Shown one piece after another: positions 40,570-50,331 of a stretch of DNA of 64,000 bases. The notes under the pieces are model-generated. The model did no database searches, was not told the DNA's origin, and saw only the letters and a list, made by a program, of their open reading frames with translations. The number at the start of each line of letters is the position of its first letter. The first letter of the stretch is position 1. The translations under genes and the position numbers were made by a program. The stretch comes from an uncultured virus (IMG/VR IMGVR_UViG_3300050514_000222) (Duplodnaviria > Heunggongvirae > Uroviricota > Caudoviricetes): the IMG/VR virus record IMGVR_UViG_3300050514_000222; one strand, 5' to 3'.

Positions 40570-41934
40570 GTGAAGAAATTCTTCGCATGGTTGTGGGTGT
40601 TCCTGCTCTGGTCGAACGCCGCGTTCGCCACCACCCGGAACGTCGGATCCGGCCAGACCTACGCTACGGTCGCCCTGGCCGTCGCGGCCGCGGCCGCCGG
40701 TGACTCTGTCATCATCCACGGTCCGATCACGCTCAACCAGGACTGGGTGACGATCAACCACGACAACCTGAAGATGGTGATGATGGACAGTCAGGGGCAC
40801 TTCCCGGGTGACCCGAACTTCATCGCCACCGACATGCCGATCTTCGACGCGCAGGGCACGTCCGATCCGGGCAGCAACCAGGGGATCTGGCGCACGGGGA
40901 ACGACGCCGTACGCGGGACGTCCATCTGGCGGCTTGAGGTGAACGGCGGCGAGTTCCGGAACGCGCAGGGCAGCGGGAACAACGCGTGCGCCGTGCGCGT
41001 CCAGGCCGGGATGATCGGCCTGGCGTGGTTCCACAACCTGTACGCCCACGACAACCAGATGAACTTCCTCGCGGCGCCCGAGTCGCTCATCATCGAGAAC
41101 TCGAAACTCTACCACGCGCTACGTGTGGCCGGCGGCAACCAGCACAACCTCTACGCGAACGCGGCCGGGAACGGGGACACCACCAGCGGCAAGCCGAAGT
41201 ACCTCCGCATGAAGGGCGTCTGGACGGACGACGCGACGACCGGGAACGACTTCAAGAGCCGGTTCCCGATCAACTACTTCCTCTACAACCGCATCACGGA
41301 CGGCGTCTCCGACTCGCTCAACGCGAACATCGACGTCCCGGACATGGGCCTCACCTACGTCATCGGGAACGTGATCGAGCAGGGGACCGGGCACAACATC
41401 AACTCCGTCCTCGTCGGGTACGGCAGGGAGAGCGCCGGCAACGCCACGGGAGGGGCCGGGCACGTGGACGGCGCGACGGCGGACAGCATGTTCTGCTACA
41501 ACAACACGTTCTCGAACCTGAACACGTCCATCGGGATCTTCTTCCAGACGTCCTTCGGCTCCCCGGTCGTGACCTACGACAACAACATCTTCTACGGCTT
41601 CCGGAGCTCCATGACGACGGGCGGAGGGGTCTACACCGACGGCGGCCACAACTTCTCCGAGGCCGACCTGAACAACACCAGCACCAAGTTCCTGAACCAG
41701 GCCGGCGGCGACTACCACCTCACGGCCGCCACGTCCTCCTCGATCATCGACGCCGGCCTCTCCCCGGGGACGCACAGCGGATTCGCCTGCGCCCCGACCA
41801 GTCAGTACGTCTACGACCGCAGCACCGCGACCCGGACGACGTCCGGCTCCGCGATCGACATCGGCGCCTTCGAGTTCTCCCAGTCCGGCGGCGGCGGAGG
41901 CGGTGGCGGTGGGGATCCGTGCACACCGTGGTGA
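40570..41934 (+). CDS. Signal-peptide-bearing right-handed beta-helix protein with choice-of-anchor-Q-like end
   Basis: KKFF...AAFA leader; GQTYAT..AVAAAxAGD; NNT/NNIF rungs; DYHL..SS.IDAG...DIGAFEF. Confidence 0.75.
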   Translation: MKKFFAWLWVFLLWSNAAFATTRNVGSGQTYATVALAVAAAAAGDSVIIHGPITLNQDWVTINHDNLKMVMMDSQGHFPGDPNFIATDMPIFDAQGTSDPGSNQGIWRTGNDAVRGTSIWRLEVNGGEFRNAQGSGNNACAVRVQAGMIGLAWFHNLYAHDNQMNFLAAPESLIIENSKLYHALRVAGGNQHNLYANAAGNGDTTSGKPKYLRMKGVWTDDATTGNDFKSRFPINYFLYNRITDGVSDSLNANIDVPDMGLTYVIGNVIEQGTGHNINSVLVGYGRESAGNATGGAGHVDGATADSMFCYNNTFSNLNTSIGIFFQTSFGSPVVTYDNNIFYGFRSSMTTGGGVYTDGGHNFSEADLNNTSTKFLNQAGGDYHLTAATSSSIIDAGLSPGTHSGFACAPTSQYVYDRSTATRTTSGSAIDIGAFEFSQSGGGGGGGGGDPCTPW

Positions 41935-41942
41935 CGTAGCCG

Positions 41943-44888
41943 ATGGCTCCAGGCACCGTCATATTCGGAGGGGTCGAGATCCCCTCCGACGTGTCCGTCG
42001 TCACGACCACCACGATCGGCGGCCGCGGTCTCCTGAAGATGTTCGCCAAGTTCACGCTCGTCCACCCGATCGACGGCGCGCTGAACTTCCTTGTCGGCGA
42101 CATCGGGTTCATCCCGGACCAGCTCTCCTCGAGTCCGCCGGTCTACGCCGCCGTGGCCTCCTGGGACGCCTTCCGCTCGCTCATCGCGATGGACGGCCAG
42201 ACGCGGGAGTGGTCGGCGGAGATCGAGCTCCAGGGTGACGCCGTCCTGGTCCCGTCGAACGGCACGAAACGCTACAAGGTCTCCGACCTGATCCAGCAGT
42301 GCCAGATCTGCGACGTCCCGATCCAGTTCGTCCAGTGGTCGGAACGCGACAACTCGCAGATTCCGGTCTGGCGCGGAGCATGCTCCGGGATGCCGGTGGT
42401 CCGCTACACAGCCGGATCCATGGTCGTCGGGCTCGGCGTCACCTCCTACGACGTCACCACCTCACGCAAGGCGGTCCGCGTGGTGGACAAGACGTCCTAC
42501 CCGTTGGCTCCGGTCGAGTCCGTCGGGCTCACGATCCCGCTCTGGAACGGCAACATCATCACCGGGATGGACACCGGCGCCAAGATGCAGGAGGCCGTGT
42601 TCCTCGGGTTCGGCTCACGGTTCGTGCGCGGCGTGCTGGTGAACGAGAACCTCGGGTCGCTCCAAGCCCAGTACGACTTCCACGTGAACAACGGTTCGCG
42701 GAACGCGGCGAAGATCGACGTCGGGACGCCCGGTGATCCGGGAGACCCGTGCGCGGTGTGGATCTACAGCGGCGGCAACTTCTACATGGTGGACGCGTCC
42801 AACATCGTCATAACGAACGACACCGGCATCGTGTCCGCCAAGATCCCGCTCCAACCCACCGTGTGGTTGGCGATCCATCCGTCCACGCCAGGGTCCTACA
42901 TGGACGCGGGGATCCAGCCGTCGGCGTTCGCGATGACGAACGACAACCCCAACGACTACTACGAGACGAGCTCCGCCACCGGCTGGACGATCGCGTTCGA
43001 GATGCCGTCGTCCTCGCTCCCAGGTTTCTTCTGCAACAAGGCCACCGTGATGGTGGACGTCGGCACCAGCGACCAGGGCGCCGTCGACGTGCGCACGTTC
43101 GACTGGGGGCTCGTGGACATGACGAAGGCCACTCCGGGAGCTCAACCCTACTTCAGCGCCTACACCGGGTGGTTCGGGCTCGCCGGGAAGTTCGGGAGGA
43201 AGACGGTCGCGGTCGGGCCGGGGGGAGACGCGAGACGCCGGTACTACGTCCAGACGGTCGGTCCGCCGGCGGTGAAGCAGTACTACGACTCCACGGACGC
43301 GAACAACCACGTCGGCGCCGCCACCGCGGCGGAGTTCAACCAGGCGAACATCTGCGGTCGCGACGTGAACGGCAACCTGGTCCCGGTCCAGCTGTTCTTC
43401 ACCGTGAGCAGCGAGGCGCGCGACCGCGTGCGGTTCTTCGGGTCCGCGCTCCTGTTGCAGGGCAAGCTCCAGATCCAGAAGATGCAGCGCACCGGCCGGA
43501 AGTGGGGATGGATCGGCACGCCTGGCTCCAACTCGCAGCACCCGGTGCTGCTTCCGGAGGACGTGCCGGTGTCCGGCGTGCCGGGATACGAGGTCCTGCT
43601 CACCGGATGGGGGCAGAAGGACAGCGGGACAGCCTGGAACAACGGCAACCCGGAGGATCCGATCGAGCGGGCCACCGGCGTCGTCCGGGAGATCCTCGAA
43701 GTGGCCGGAATGACGTGCAACAACGTAGCCGGCACGCTCGGCAACTTCCAGGACGCGTTGACCGAGGAGCTCCAGGGGGAGAAGTTCCTCTCACCCGTCA
43801 TGCAGCCGGACACGGCGCCGACGTTCCAGGATTTCATCGACGAGATCCAGCGGCACACGCCGATCGAGGTCCATAAGGACGAGAACGGCGTCTACAACGT
43901 GACCTACGACGTCATGAACCCGCACTCCTCGCAGATCTACCCGGGCGGTCCGATCCACGGCTACGACATCGAGGAGGGGTCCTTCTCCGTGCAGGCGTCC
44001 GACCCGCGGAAGATCGTGAACCGCGTGGCGCTCCGCTACGGGCACGCCTACGGGACGAACAAGCCGCTCGGCATCGTCCGGTACGTGCACCAGCTCTCGG
44101 TCGAGATCCACGGATCACGTGACGAGGTCACCTACGACGAGCCGTGGATCACCGCGAAGGACCTGTCGCTGTCCGCGGGGGATCCCCCGGAGGCGTCGTT
44201 CCGCGCGAAGGACCTGGGGACGCGGAACGCGCGCGTCCGGCTCACGACGACCCAGTCGTTGGGCCAACGGTACCGGGACCTGCGAGTCGGTCACGTGCTG
44301 TGGTACGCGACGGACATGGAGAGCTACGGGCTCAAGTGCCCGGCGTTCCGGTGCGGCCAGTTCGACTACGCCTACCCGGACCGGTCCGACCCGGTGAACT
44401 ACGCCCAGTCGGTCACGCCGAACCTCACGATCGTGATCGGCGGTAACGGGGAGACGCTGTTCGGCCTGTCGCAGATGACCGACCACCTCGACCTCTACAT
44501 CGCCACGCCGGGTTCGCTGATCGTCACCGGCTGGACCTACTACTCGGACTTCGTGGGCGGCTTCGAGAACTCTAACTTCCTGACGAACGTCGTGAACCCG
44601 AACGCCGTCAAGAGCGCCGGGCACCAGCGCGTCTCCTGGGACATGCCGAGCTCCATGATCGGAACGTGGAGGAAGCAGATCCTCGTCTTCAACGGAATCG
44701 CGCACGGCCCGTGCTACTGGATCGGGATGCCGTACATAAATTCGACCGTCGCCGCGGTAGGCTCCGCGAAGACCACGTACGACCCGACGTGGGCGTACCG
44801 GGTGTTCCGCGTGATCGAGGCGACGCGCAAGGCCGGGAAGCTCGGTGACTACCCGAAGATGGACGTGGTGTTGGAGGAGGTGGCGTGA
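41943..44888 (+). CDS. Large tail tip/baseplate hub protein
   Basis: 981 aa; IERATGVVREIL, IVNRVxLRY, DLRVGxV; position. Confidence 0.65.
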   Translation: MAPGTVIFGGVEIPSDVSVVTTTTIGGRGLLKMFAKFTLVHPIDGALNFLVGDIGFIPDQLSSSPPVYAAVASWDAFRSLIAMDGQTREWSAEIELQGDAVLVPSNGTKRYKVSDLIQQCQICDVPIQFVQWSERDNSQIPVWRGACSGMPVVRYTAGSMVVGLGVTSYDVTTSRKAVRVVDKTSYPLAPVESVGLTIPLWNGNIITGMDTGAKMQEAVFLGFGSRFVRGVLVNENLGSLQAQYDFHVNNGSRNAAKIDVGTPGDPGDPCAVWIYSGGNFYMVDASNIVITNDTGIVSAKIPLQPTVWLAIHPSTPGSYMDAGIQPSAFAMTNDNPNDYYETSSATGWTIAFEMPSSSLPGFFCNKATVMVDVGTSDQGAVDVRTFDWGLVDMTKATPGAQPYFSAYTGWFGLAGKFGRKTVAVGPGGDARRRYYVQTVGPPAVKQYYDSTDANNHVGAATAAEFNQANICGRDVNGNLVPVQLFFTVSSEARDRVRFFGSALLLQGKLQIQKMQRTGRKWGWIGTPGSNSQHPVLLPEDVPVSGVPGYEVLLTGWGQKDSGTAWNNGNPEDPIERATGVVREILEVAGMTCNNVAGTLGNFQDALTEELQGEKFLSPVMQPDTAPTFQDFIDEIQRHTPIEVHKDENGVYNVTYDVMNPHSSQIYPGGPIHGYDIEEGSFSVQASDPRKIVNRVALRYGHAYGTNKPLGIVRYVHQLSVEIHGSRDEVTYDEPWITAKDLSLSAGDPPEASFRAKDLGTRNARVRLTTTQSLGQRYRDLRVGHVLWYATDMESYGLKCPAFRCGQFDYAYPDRSDPVNYAQSVTPNLTIVIGGNGETLFGLSQMTDHLDLYIATPGSLIVTGWTYYSDFVGGFENSNFLTNVVNPNAVKSAGHQRVSWDMPSSMIGTWRKQILVFNGIAHGPCYWIGMPYINSTVAAVGSAKTTYDPTWAYRVFRVIEATRKAGKLGDYPKMDVVLEEVA

Positions 44889-45226
44889 ACCAGGACACGG
44901 AGGCCGCGATGGCGGATCAGGCTGTGGTGGAGAGCGAGACGATCGACGCGAACGTGGCGGAGGCGGAGAAGGTCAAGGCCGAGGCGGAGGCGCAGGGACA
45001 GAAAGTGCTCACGCGCACCGGCATCGTGATCGGATGGGCGGACGACGGGACGTTCCTCGTCGGGTGCGTGGATCCGACCATCAGCCCGGTACGCGGGCTC
45101 TGGTACCTGCTCGAGGCGCAGCAGATCCTGATGCGCGGCATGAACCCGGACCGGAAGCCGGAGTCGAAGATCGTCGGGGCGAGCATGGTGCCGCCGCTGC
45201 CGCCCGGACTGAAGATCGGAGGCTGA
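44885..45226 (+). CDS. Hypothetical protein
   Basis: Coupled ORF in tail operon. Confidence 0.5.
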   Translation: MNQDTEAAMADQAVVESETIDANVAEAEKVKAEAEAQGQKVLTRTGIVIGWADDGTFLVGCVDPTISPVRGLWYLLEAQQILMRGMNPDRKPESKIVGASMVPPLPPGLKIGG

Positions 45227-45229
45227 GGC

Positions 45230-45547
45230 ATGGCGTCCAGACAGGACCTGCGGGACGTGATCGAGCTCGCGGCGCGCGCCATCGGCGCCGGCGAGGACAC
45301 CGGCGTCTTCGCGGCGGAGGATGCGGCCGCGGCCGCGGCGGCCTCCGGAGGCGCGCAACCGGTCGGCGCGCCCACGCCGGTGCAGCTCGGGATCGCGACC
45401 ACTGTCGCGGCGCCGATGATGGGGACGGTCGCCGGCAACGCGGACCTGACGTACGAGCTCACGCCGGACCAGGCCGCGCAGGTCGCCGCCGCGTTCTCCG
45501 GCCTCGTGCAGCAGCTCAAGGACAAGGTGGCGGGGATTGAGGTCTAA
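45230..45547 (+). CDS. Ala-rich hypothetical virion protein
   Basis: Coupled ORF in tail operon. Confidence 0.5.
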   Translation: MASRQDLRDVIELAARAIGAGEDTGVFAAEDAAAAAAASGGAQPVGAPTPVQLGIATTVAAPMMGTVAGNADLTYELTPDQAAQVAAAFSGLVQQLKDKVAGIEV

Positions 45548-47202
45548 TGTCCGCGGGCGTCACGCAACCCGGTGGTGCCGGCACGACGATCTTCGTGTAC
45601 GACAACACGCACGGGGACGCGGGCGGCGACGGCTCCTACTCCTTCGCCGACATCCTGGCCGCGATGAATACGCTGCGGCCGGGTCAGTCCGACATCGAGG
45701 GCGAGAAGGGTTCCGTCAGCGGAAACGCGCCCGCACGCACGAAATACATGATCAACGTCTCGATTCAGCTCGGCGGCGGCGCCGGGGACGGGACGCTCAT
45801 CACGACGTTCAAGGACCTGAACGTCGACGTCGACTGGCGCAGCGGGTCGATGCTCTACCGATCGGGCGGCGGCGTGATCGAGACGCGGCTGGGCACCCAG
45901 ACCGGGGTCGGGCCGCTCGGGCTCGCCGACCCGACGATGGGCGGCAAGGACGGCGTCAACATCAACAGCGGGTCGTGGACGTTCAAGAACGACCTGTTCA
46001 TCTTCGGTTGCAAGTTCATCTGCTCGAACGTCTACCAGGTCCAGACGATCGGCGGATCCACGCAGACGCTCGCCGGCAACACGTTCGTGGTCTCCGGCGT
46101 GAACAACATCTTCGGGGACTCGACTTCGCTCGGGCTCTGGTACAACAACGTGTTCGTGCTCACGACGACGAGCGGGAACGCGATCAACGGGATGCGCCAG
46201 CAGGACGGCCGCGGAAACAAGTTCTTCTGCACGACGCCGCTCCAGATCCTGAGCGCGAGCCAAGCGACGGCGCGGATCCAGGGCGCGAACCTCTCCGGCG
46301 CGCCGTCGGTGGCCTACCTCAAGCCGACCGCGACGGACGCGAGCGACTGGAAGATCATCGACGTCGTCTTCCAGGACGACTCGCCGAGGGTCACCTACTC
46401 GGTGGACCACACGCTCGCACAGGCGCTCCAGCAGTTCGGCCGGATCAACACGCACGTCGAGGACGGGACCAATCCGCTCGCGAACATCCCGGTCCGGCTC
46501 GTCTCGAGCGTGGCCGCGGACGACGGTGCCGGCGGCTCGAACGGCGGCGTGATCGTGGACACGAAGACGTTCGGAGACGGGGACCTCGGCTTCACGCACG
46601 GACCGTCCGGCTACGCGAACGCTGTGCTCCTGCGCGAGTACTACCGCTCTGGCGGCGTGAACCTGGTACGCGACCGGACGTTCACGCTGTACGTCAACTA
46701 CCCGGGCGGGGCGTACGCGCCGAACGCGGCGTACGGGAAGTACTCGCTCGTCTTCCAGTGGCCGGGGATCAACACGTTCAAGGGTGTCTACCAGGCCGGC
46801 GGAGGCACGTTCACGCCGTGCCTCCTGCCGATCACGCTGCCGGCCGCGGTCGGCCCTACGGCCGACTTCCGCTACACGCCGGGCGGGGGGTCCCCGGGCG
46901 TCTCGGTGACCTTCACGGACGAGTCGGTCGCGGGGGACGCCACGATCACGACCTGGGCGTGGACCTTCGGGGACGGCGGGACGTCCGCGGCGCAGAATCC
47001 GACGCACGTCTACGCGGCGGGCGGCCTCTACACCGTGGGCCTGACCGTGACGACGACGGTGGGATCCAGCGTGAAGACCGTGACGGGGGCCGTGTACGTC
47101 GCCACGCCGGCGTCTGTGGTTCCGGTCCGTGCGGCGGACGTGCCGCTACCGGAGCCCGGGGAGCTGAGGTATGAGGGAGTCGTGCCGGCGGTGCTCCCGT
47201 GA
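45547..47202 (+). CDS. Tail protein with C-terminal PKD (Ig-like) domain
   Basis: PTADF...VTFTDES...WxWTFGDG...QNPTHVY...YTVGLTVT. Confidence 0.8.
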   Translation: MSAGVTQPGGAGTTIFVYDNTHGDAGGDGSYSFADILAAMNTLRPGQSDIEGEKGSVSGNAPARTKYMINVSIQLGGGAGDGTLITTFKDLNVDVDWRSGSMLYRSGGGVIETRLGTQTGVGPLGLADPTMGGKDGVNINSGSWTFKNDLFIFGCKFICSNVYQVQTIGGSTQTLAGNTFVVSGVNNIFGDSTSLGLWYNNVFVLTTTSGNAINGMRQQDGRGNKFFCTTPLQILSASQATARIQGANLSGAPSVAYLKPTATDASDWKIIDVVFQDDSPRVTYSVDHTLAQALQQFGRINTHVEDGTNPLANIPVRLVSSVAADDGAGGSNGGVIVDTKTFGDGDLGFTHGPSGYANAVLLREYYRSGGVNLVRDRTFTLYVNYPGGAYAPNAAYGKYSLVFQWPGINTFKGVYQAGGGTFTPCLLPITLPAAVGPTADFRYTPGGGSPGVSVTFTDESVAGDATITTWAWTFGDGGTSAAQNPTHVYAAGGLYTVGLTVTTTVGSSVKTVTGAVYVATPASVVPVRAADVPLPEPGELRYEGVVPAVLP

Positions 47203-47552
47203 GCCCGGAGCTGCGTGCCGCGGCCGTGGAGGGGTTCGAGGGGATCACGCCGGCCGTGGCGGCCGTGGAGCTGGCGGCCGCGGCGGCCGAGCGGTTCGAG
47301 GACATGGCGCCCGTCCCGTACGGCGGGCAGGCCGGCTGGATCTCCCAGTACGTGACGATCGGCGGCGTGGAGATCCCGGCGGGTGCGGTGCCGAGCGGGC
47401 TGGTGGCGGCCACGCGCGCGGTGGAGCTCCAGGAGGCGGCCGTGGTGGCGTTCGACGGCATGGTCCCGTTGGTCCGGGTGACGGAGATCCAGGCGGACGG
47501 CCCGCTCGAGGGGATCACGCCGGCGGTGACGGTGACGGAGATCGGAGGGTGA
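47199..47552 (+). CDS. Small repetitive tail-region protein
   Basis: EGITPAV repeats; coupled. Confidence 0.45.
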   Translation: MSPELRAAAVEGFEGITPAVAAVELAAAAAERFEDMAPVPYGGQAGWISQYVTIGGVEIPAGAVPSGLVAATRAVELQEAAVVAFDGMVPLVRVTEIQADGPLEGITPAVTVTEIGG

Positions 47553-47553
47553 T

Positions 47554-47916
47554 GTGTCCAACCTGATGCCGGAGGTGCCGCGGGAGGTGCACGTGGGCGA
47601 CGTCGGCCGCCGGCTGTCGTTCGCGTTCCTCAAGGCCACCCGGCTCGAGGTGCAGACGCTGACCGGCTACGCAGCGTGGGTGAAGTTCTGGTACGGCGAG
47701 ACGGCGCCGCACGTCACGCGGGCGTGCGCGGTGGACGGCGTGAACGGGCTGGCGATCTACGAGCTCCTTGGCGACGAGTACACCACGGTCGGCGAGCTCC
47801 TCGTCCAGTTCACAGTGTCCACCCCGGATTGGTACGCCGGCGGCGCGCCGGGACGGTTCTTCGCCCGCGTCTCCTCCGACATCATCCGGATGGTCGTCAA
47901 GCGGAGGCCGACGTGA
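47554..47916 (+). CDS. BppU-N-like baseplate/tail adaptor protein
   Basis: VHVGDVG...LTGY...DGxNGxAxY...G pattern. Confidence 0.5.
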   Translation: MSNLMPEVPREVHVGDVGRRLSFAFLKATRLEVQTLTGYAAWVKFWYGETAPHVTRACAVDGVNGLAIYELLGDEYTTVGELLVQFTVSTPDWYAGGAPGRFFARVSSDIIRMVVKRRPT

Positions 47917-49250
47917 GACGCCTGCCGCCGGTCTGGGACGGGGACCAGGGGCCGATCATGCGGTTCCCGGTGCGTGACGGGGCGAACCTCCGCGACCTGG
48001 CCACGGCGACCGTCGAGGTCTACATCGAGAACGCCCAGGACGGCACCCGTATCGGGATGCGCCCCGGCTACATCGTCGGGACCAAAGCGTCCGGCGCCGT
48101 GGACGTCATGCTGAAGGGCGCGGAGACCGACTGGGGCGGCCTGGGTGCGGAGATCGTGCTGATCCCGCGGTTCTACTATGCCCAGACGATGGCGGCCGCG
48201 GGCGCGCCGGCGACCAACCTGCTCGCGAACGCCTCCTTCGACACGGACGGCAACGCGGACGGCGTGGCGGACTCCTGGAGCCTCCAGGGAGCCAAGACGG
48301 CCACCTGGGCGGTCGGTACGGACGACCCGGCCCCTCCGGTCATCTACGGGGCCTACCAGGCGGTCACGCACGCCGCCCTGACGGATCCGGACTACATCCA
48401 GCAGGTCCTGGCGCCCACGTTGGCGCCCGGCGACGTGCTGTCCGTCGGGTGCTGGCACCGGAGCTACGGGGGAGCCGGCGAGGCGGCCTCGAACGGGCAC
48501 GCCCTGTTCTTCCACTTGGGTGCCACCGCCAACTCCTACGCGCAGCTGCGGGTGGGGGACAACGACTGGTACTTCACGATAGGGTCGGTGACCGCGGACG
48601 CGGCCTACGTGGCCGCCACGATGGGGATCGACCTCCGCGGGACGACCCTGTCGAACCGGCTGGACGAGGCGTTCGCGTTCGTCGGCCGGTGGTACGTGTT
48701 CCATGGGGAGCGGAAGACGTTGCCGGTCCGGGCGTCGGTGGCCGTGTCGAAGAACTCGAACCAGATCGCCGGCGTCGGCGGGTTCGAGCAGGACAGCGTA
48801 GGAGCGGGCTTCCCGGACGCGTGGAGCAATCAGGCGCCCGGGGTGACCTTCTCCATCGAGAAGGCACCCGCGAACGTCTCCGAGGGCCGGGCGGCCCTGA
48901 AGGTGGTACTGACCAACCAGTCCGCGAACCGAATCCGGCTGATCTGGCCCGGTAAGTATCTGGCCGGTGAGACCTGGAGGGTCGCGGTGGCCTCCAAGAC
49001 CTCCGGAGCTCTCACCCCGGGCGGTGGCACCGGAGGGTACGCGGTGCAGCTCGCCACCGAACGGTTCGACGGGCCGGTCCAGACGTCCACGCTCGCGGCG
49101 CTGCCGACCAACGCGGCCGCCTACGCGGACACGACGGCGGACCTGGCGCTGACCGCGGATCGGAACCGGCTGATCGTGGACGTCTACCTGAACGGGGAGA
49201 CGGGTACGGCTTGGTTGGACAACGTGAGGTTGTTCCGTGTGACGCCGTAG
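47913..49250 (+). CDS. Tail protein: BppU-like N-terminus plus two CBM4/9-like modules
   Basis: NLLANASFD...ADSW and NQIAGVGGFE...PDAW repeats; WLDNVRL end. Confidence 0.65.
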   Translation: MRRLPPVWDGDQGPIMRFPVRDGANLRDLATATVEVYIENAQDGTRIGMRPGYIVGTKASGAVDVMLKGAETDWGGLGAEIVLIPRFYYAQTMAAAGAPATNLLANASFDTDGNADGVADSWSLQGAKTATWAVGTDDPAPPVIYGAYQAVTHAALTDPDYIQQVLAPTLAPGDVLSVGCWHRSYGGAGEAASNGHALFFHLGATANSYAQLRVGDNDWYFTIGSVTADAAYVAATMGIDLRGTTLSNRLDEAFAFVGRWYVFHGERKTLPVRASVAVSKNSNQIAGVGGFEQDSVGAGFPDAWSNQAPGVTFSIEKAPANVSEGRAALKVVLTNQSANRIRLIWPGKYLAGETWRVAVASKTSGALTPGGGTGGYAVQLATERFDGPVQTSTLAALPTNAAAYADTTADLALTADRNRLIVDVYLNGETGTAWLDNVRLFRVTP

Positions 49251-49308
49251 GCGCGCCGTTCGCCCGGTGCGTCGGGATGGGATCCAGGGAAGCGGGACGG
49301 GAGGAACG

Positions 49309-49662
49309 GTGCACCACCAGTGGACGTTCATGCCGCACGGGGCCTGCGTGGCGTGGGATCCGTTCATCATCTGGGGGAAGGCGCTGTCGGACGCGGTGAT
49401 CGCCGCGGCGTACGTGATGATCGCGATCGGCCTGATCCTGATCCTGCGTAACGGGATCGAACTGGGCGCGGGGCAGCGGGCCGTGTTGCAGCTCGTGTTC
49501 GCGGCGTTCATCGCGAGTTGCGCGATGACGCACGTGATGGACGTGTTCACCATCTGGCGGCCGTGGTACGAGCTCGACACGGTCGTGCGGATGCTCACGG
49601 CCGGTTCCTCGCTCGCGGCCGCGATGGTGCTGTGGTCCTACCTCGATCCGAACGGAGCGTGA
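49309..49662 (+). CDS. Stand-alone ethylene-receptor (ETR1-type) 3-TM sensor domain
   Basis: FMPHGxC; SDxxIAxAYxxI; FxAFIxxCxxTH; RMLTAxxS; GGAGG RBS plus GTG. Confidence 0.8.
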   Translation: MHHQWTFMPHGACVAWDPFIIWGKALSDAVIAAAYVMIAIGLILILRNGIELGAGQRAVLQLVFAAFIASCAMTHVMDVFTIWRPWYELDTVVRMLTAGSSLAAAMVLWSYLDPNGA

Positions 49663-49666
49663 CGCG

Positions 49667-50026
49667 GTGAACGGGAACGAGATCCGGACCTGGAAGCGCG
49701 TGGCGGTGGTCGGCGGCGCGATCGTGACGATCCTCACGCTGGCCGGCATGGGTTACGCGATCATCCTGTTCGTCGTGAACCTGTCGCTCACGCCGGTGCG
49801 GGCGCTCAGCGAGAAGTACCATCAGGAGACGAAGGACAAGATGAACGCCGAGTCGGACGCGCGCTACACGGGCGACACCACGATCATCTACCAGGTCGGC
49901 CTGATGGCGCGCGCCCTGAGCGAACCGGATCCCGGCGCGCGGCGGGTACTGCTCGAGCAGGTGCGGGAGGTTAAGGCGCCGCCCAAACCTCCTGATTGGA
50001 AGGACGGGACCGACGGTGGGAACTGA
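49667..50026 (+). CDS. Single-TM protein (holin/antiholin-like)
   Basis: N-terminal TM helix; lysis cassette position. Confidence 0.5.
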   Translation: MNGNEIRTWKRVAVVGGAIVTILTLAGMGYAIILFVVNLSLTPVRALSEKYHQETKDKMNAESDARYTGDTTIIYQVGLMARALSEPDPGARRVLLEQVREVKAPPKPPDWKDGTDGGN

Positions 50027-50330
50027 CGACGAGCGGGGCGAGATAAGCGAGGACCGCCAGATCAAGTTCTCCCTCAGCTTGCGGCAATTGTGGCTGCTCG
50101 TCAGCGGCTTGGTGGCCGGTGTGGCGTTCGTGGCCATCTTCGTCTACCGGATCGAGTCGGCGCGGCTCGCGAACGAGACGCGGTGGGCGGACCAGTGGCG
50201 CTATAACACGGACAACACGCGCGCGCACGCGGTGATCGACAGTCTGGTGAACGACAACCGGTGGAGGGTGCGACGGCTGGAGAAGAAGGCCGGCATCAAG
50301 ACGCACCGTCGTGACGACGAGGAGGACTGA
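50016..50330 (+). CDS. Single-TM protein (holin-like)
   Basis: One TM helix plus RVRRLE coiled coil, directly before endolysin. Confidence 0.5.
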   Translation: MGTDDERGEISEDRQIKFSLSLRQLWLLVSGLVAGVAFVAIFVYRIESARLANETRWADQWRYNTDNTRAHAVIDSLVNDNRWRVRRLEKKAGIKTHRRDDEED

Positions 50331-50331
50331 G

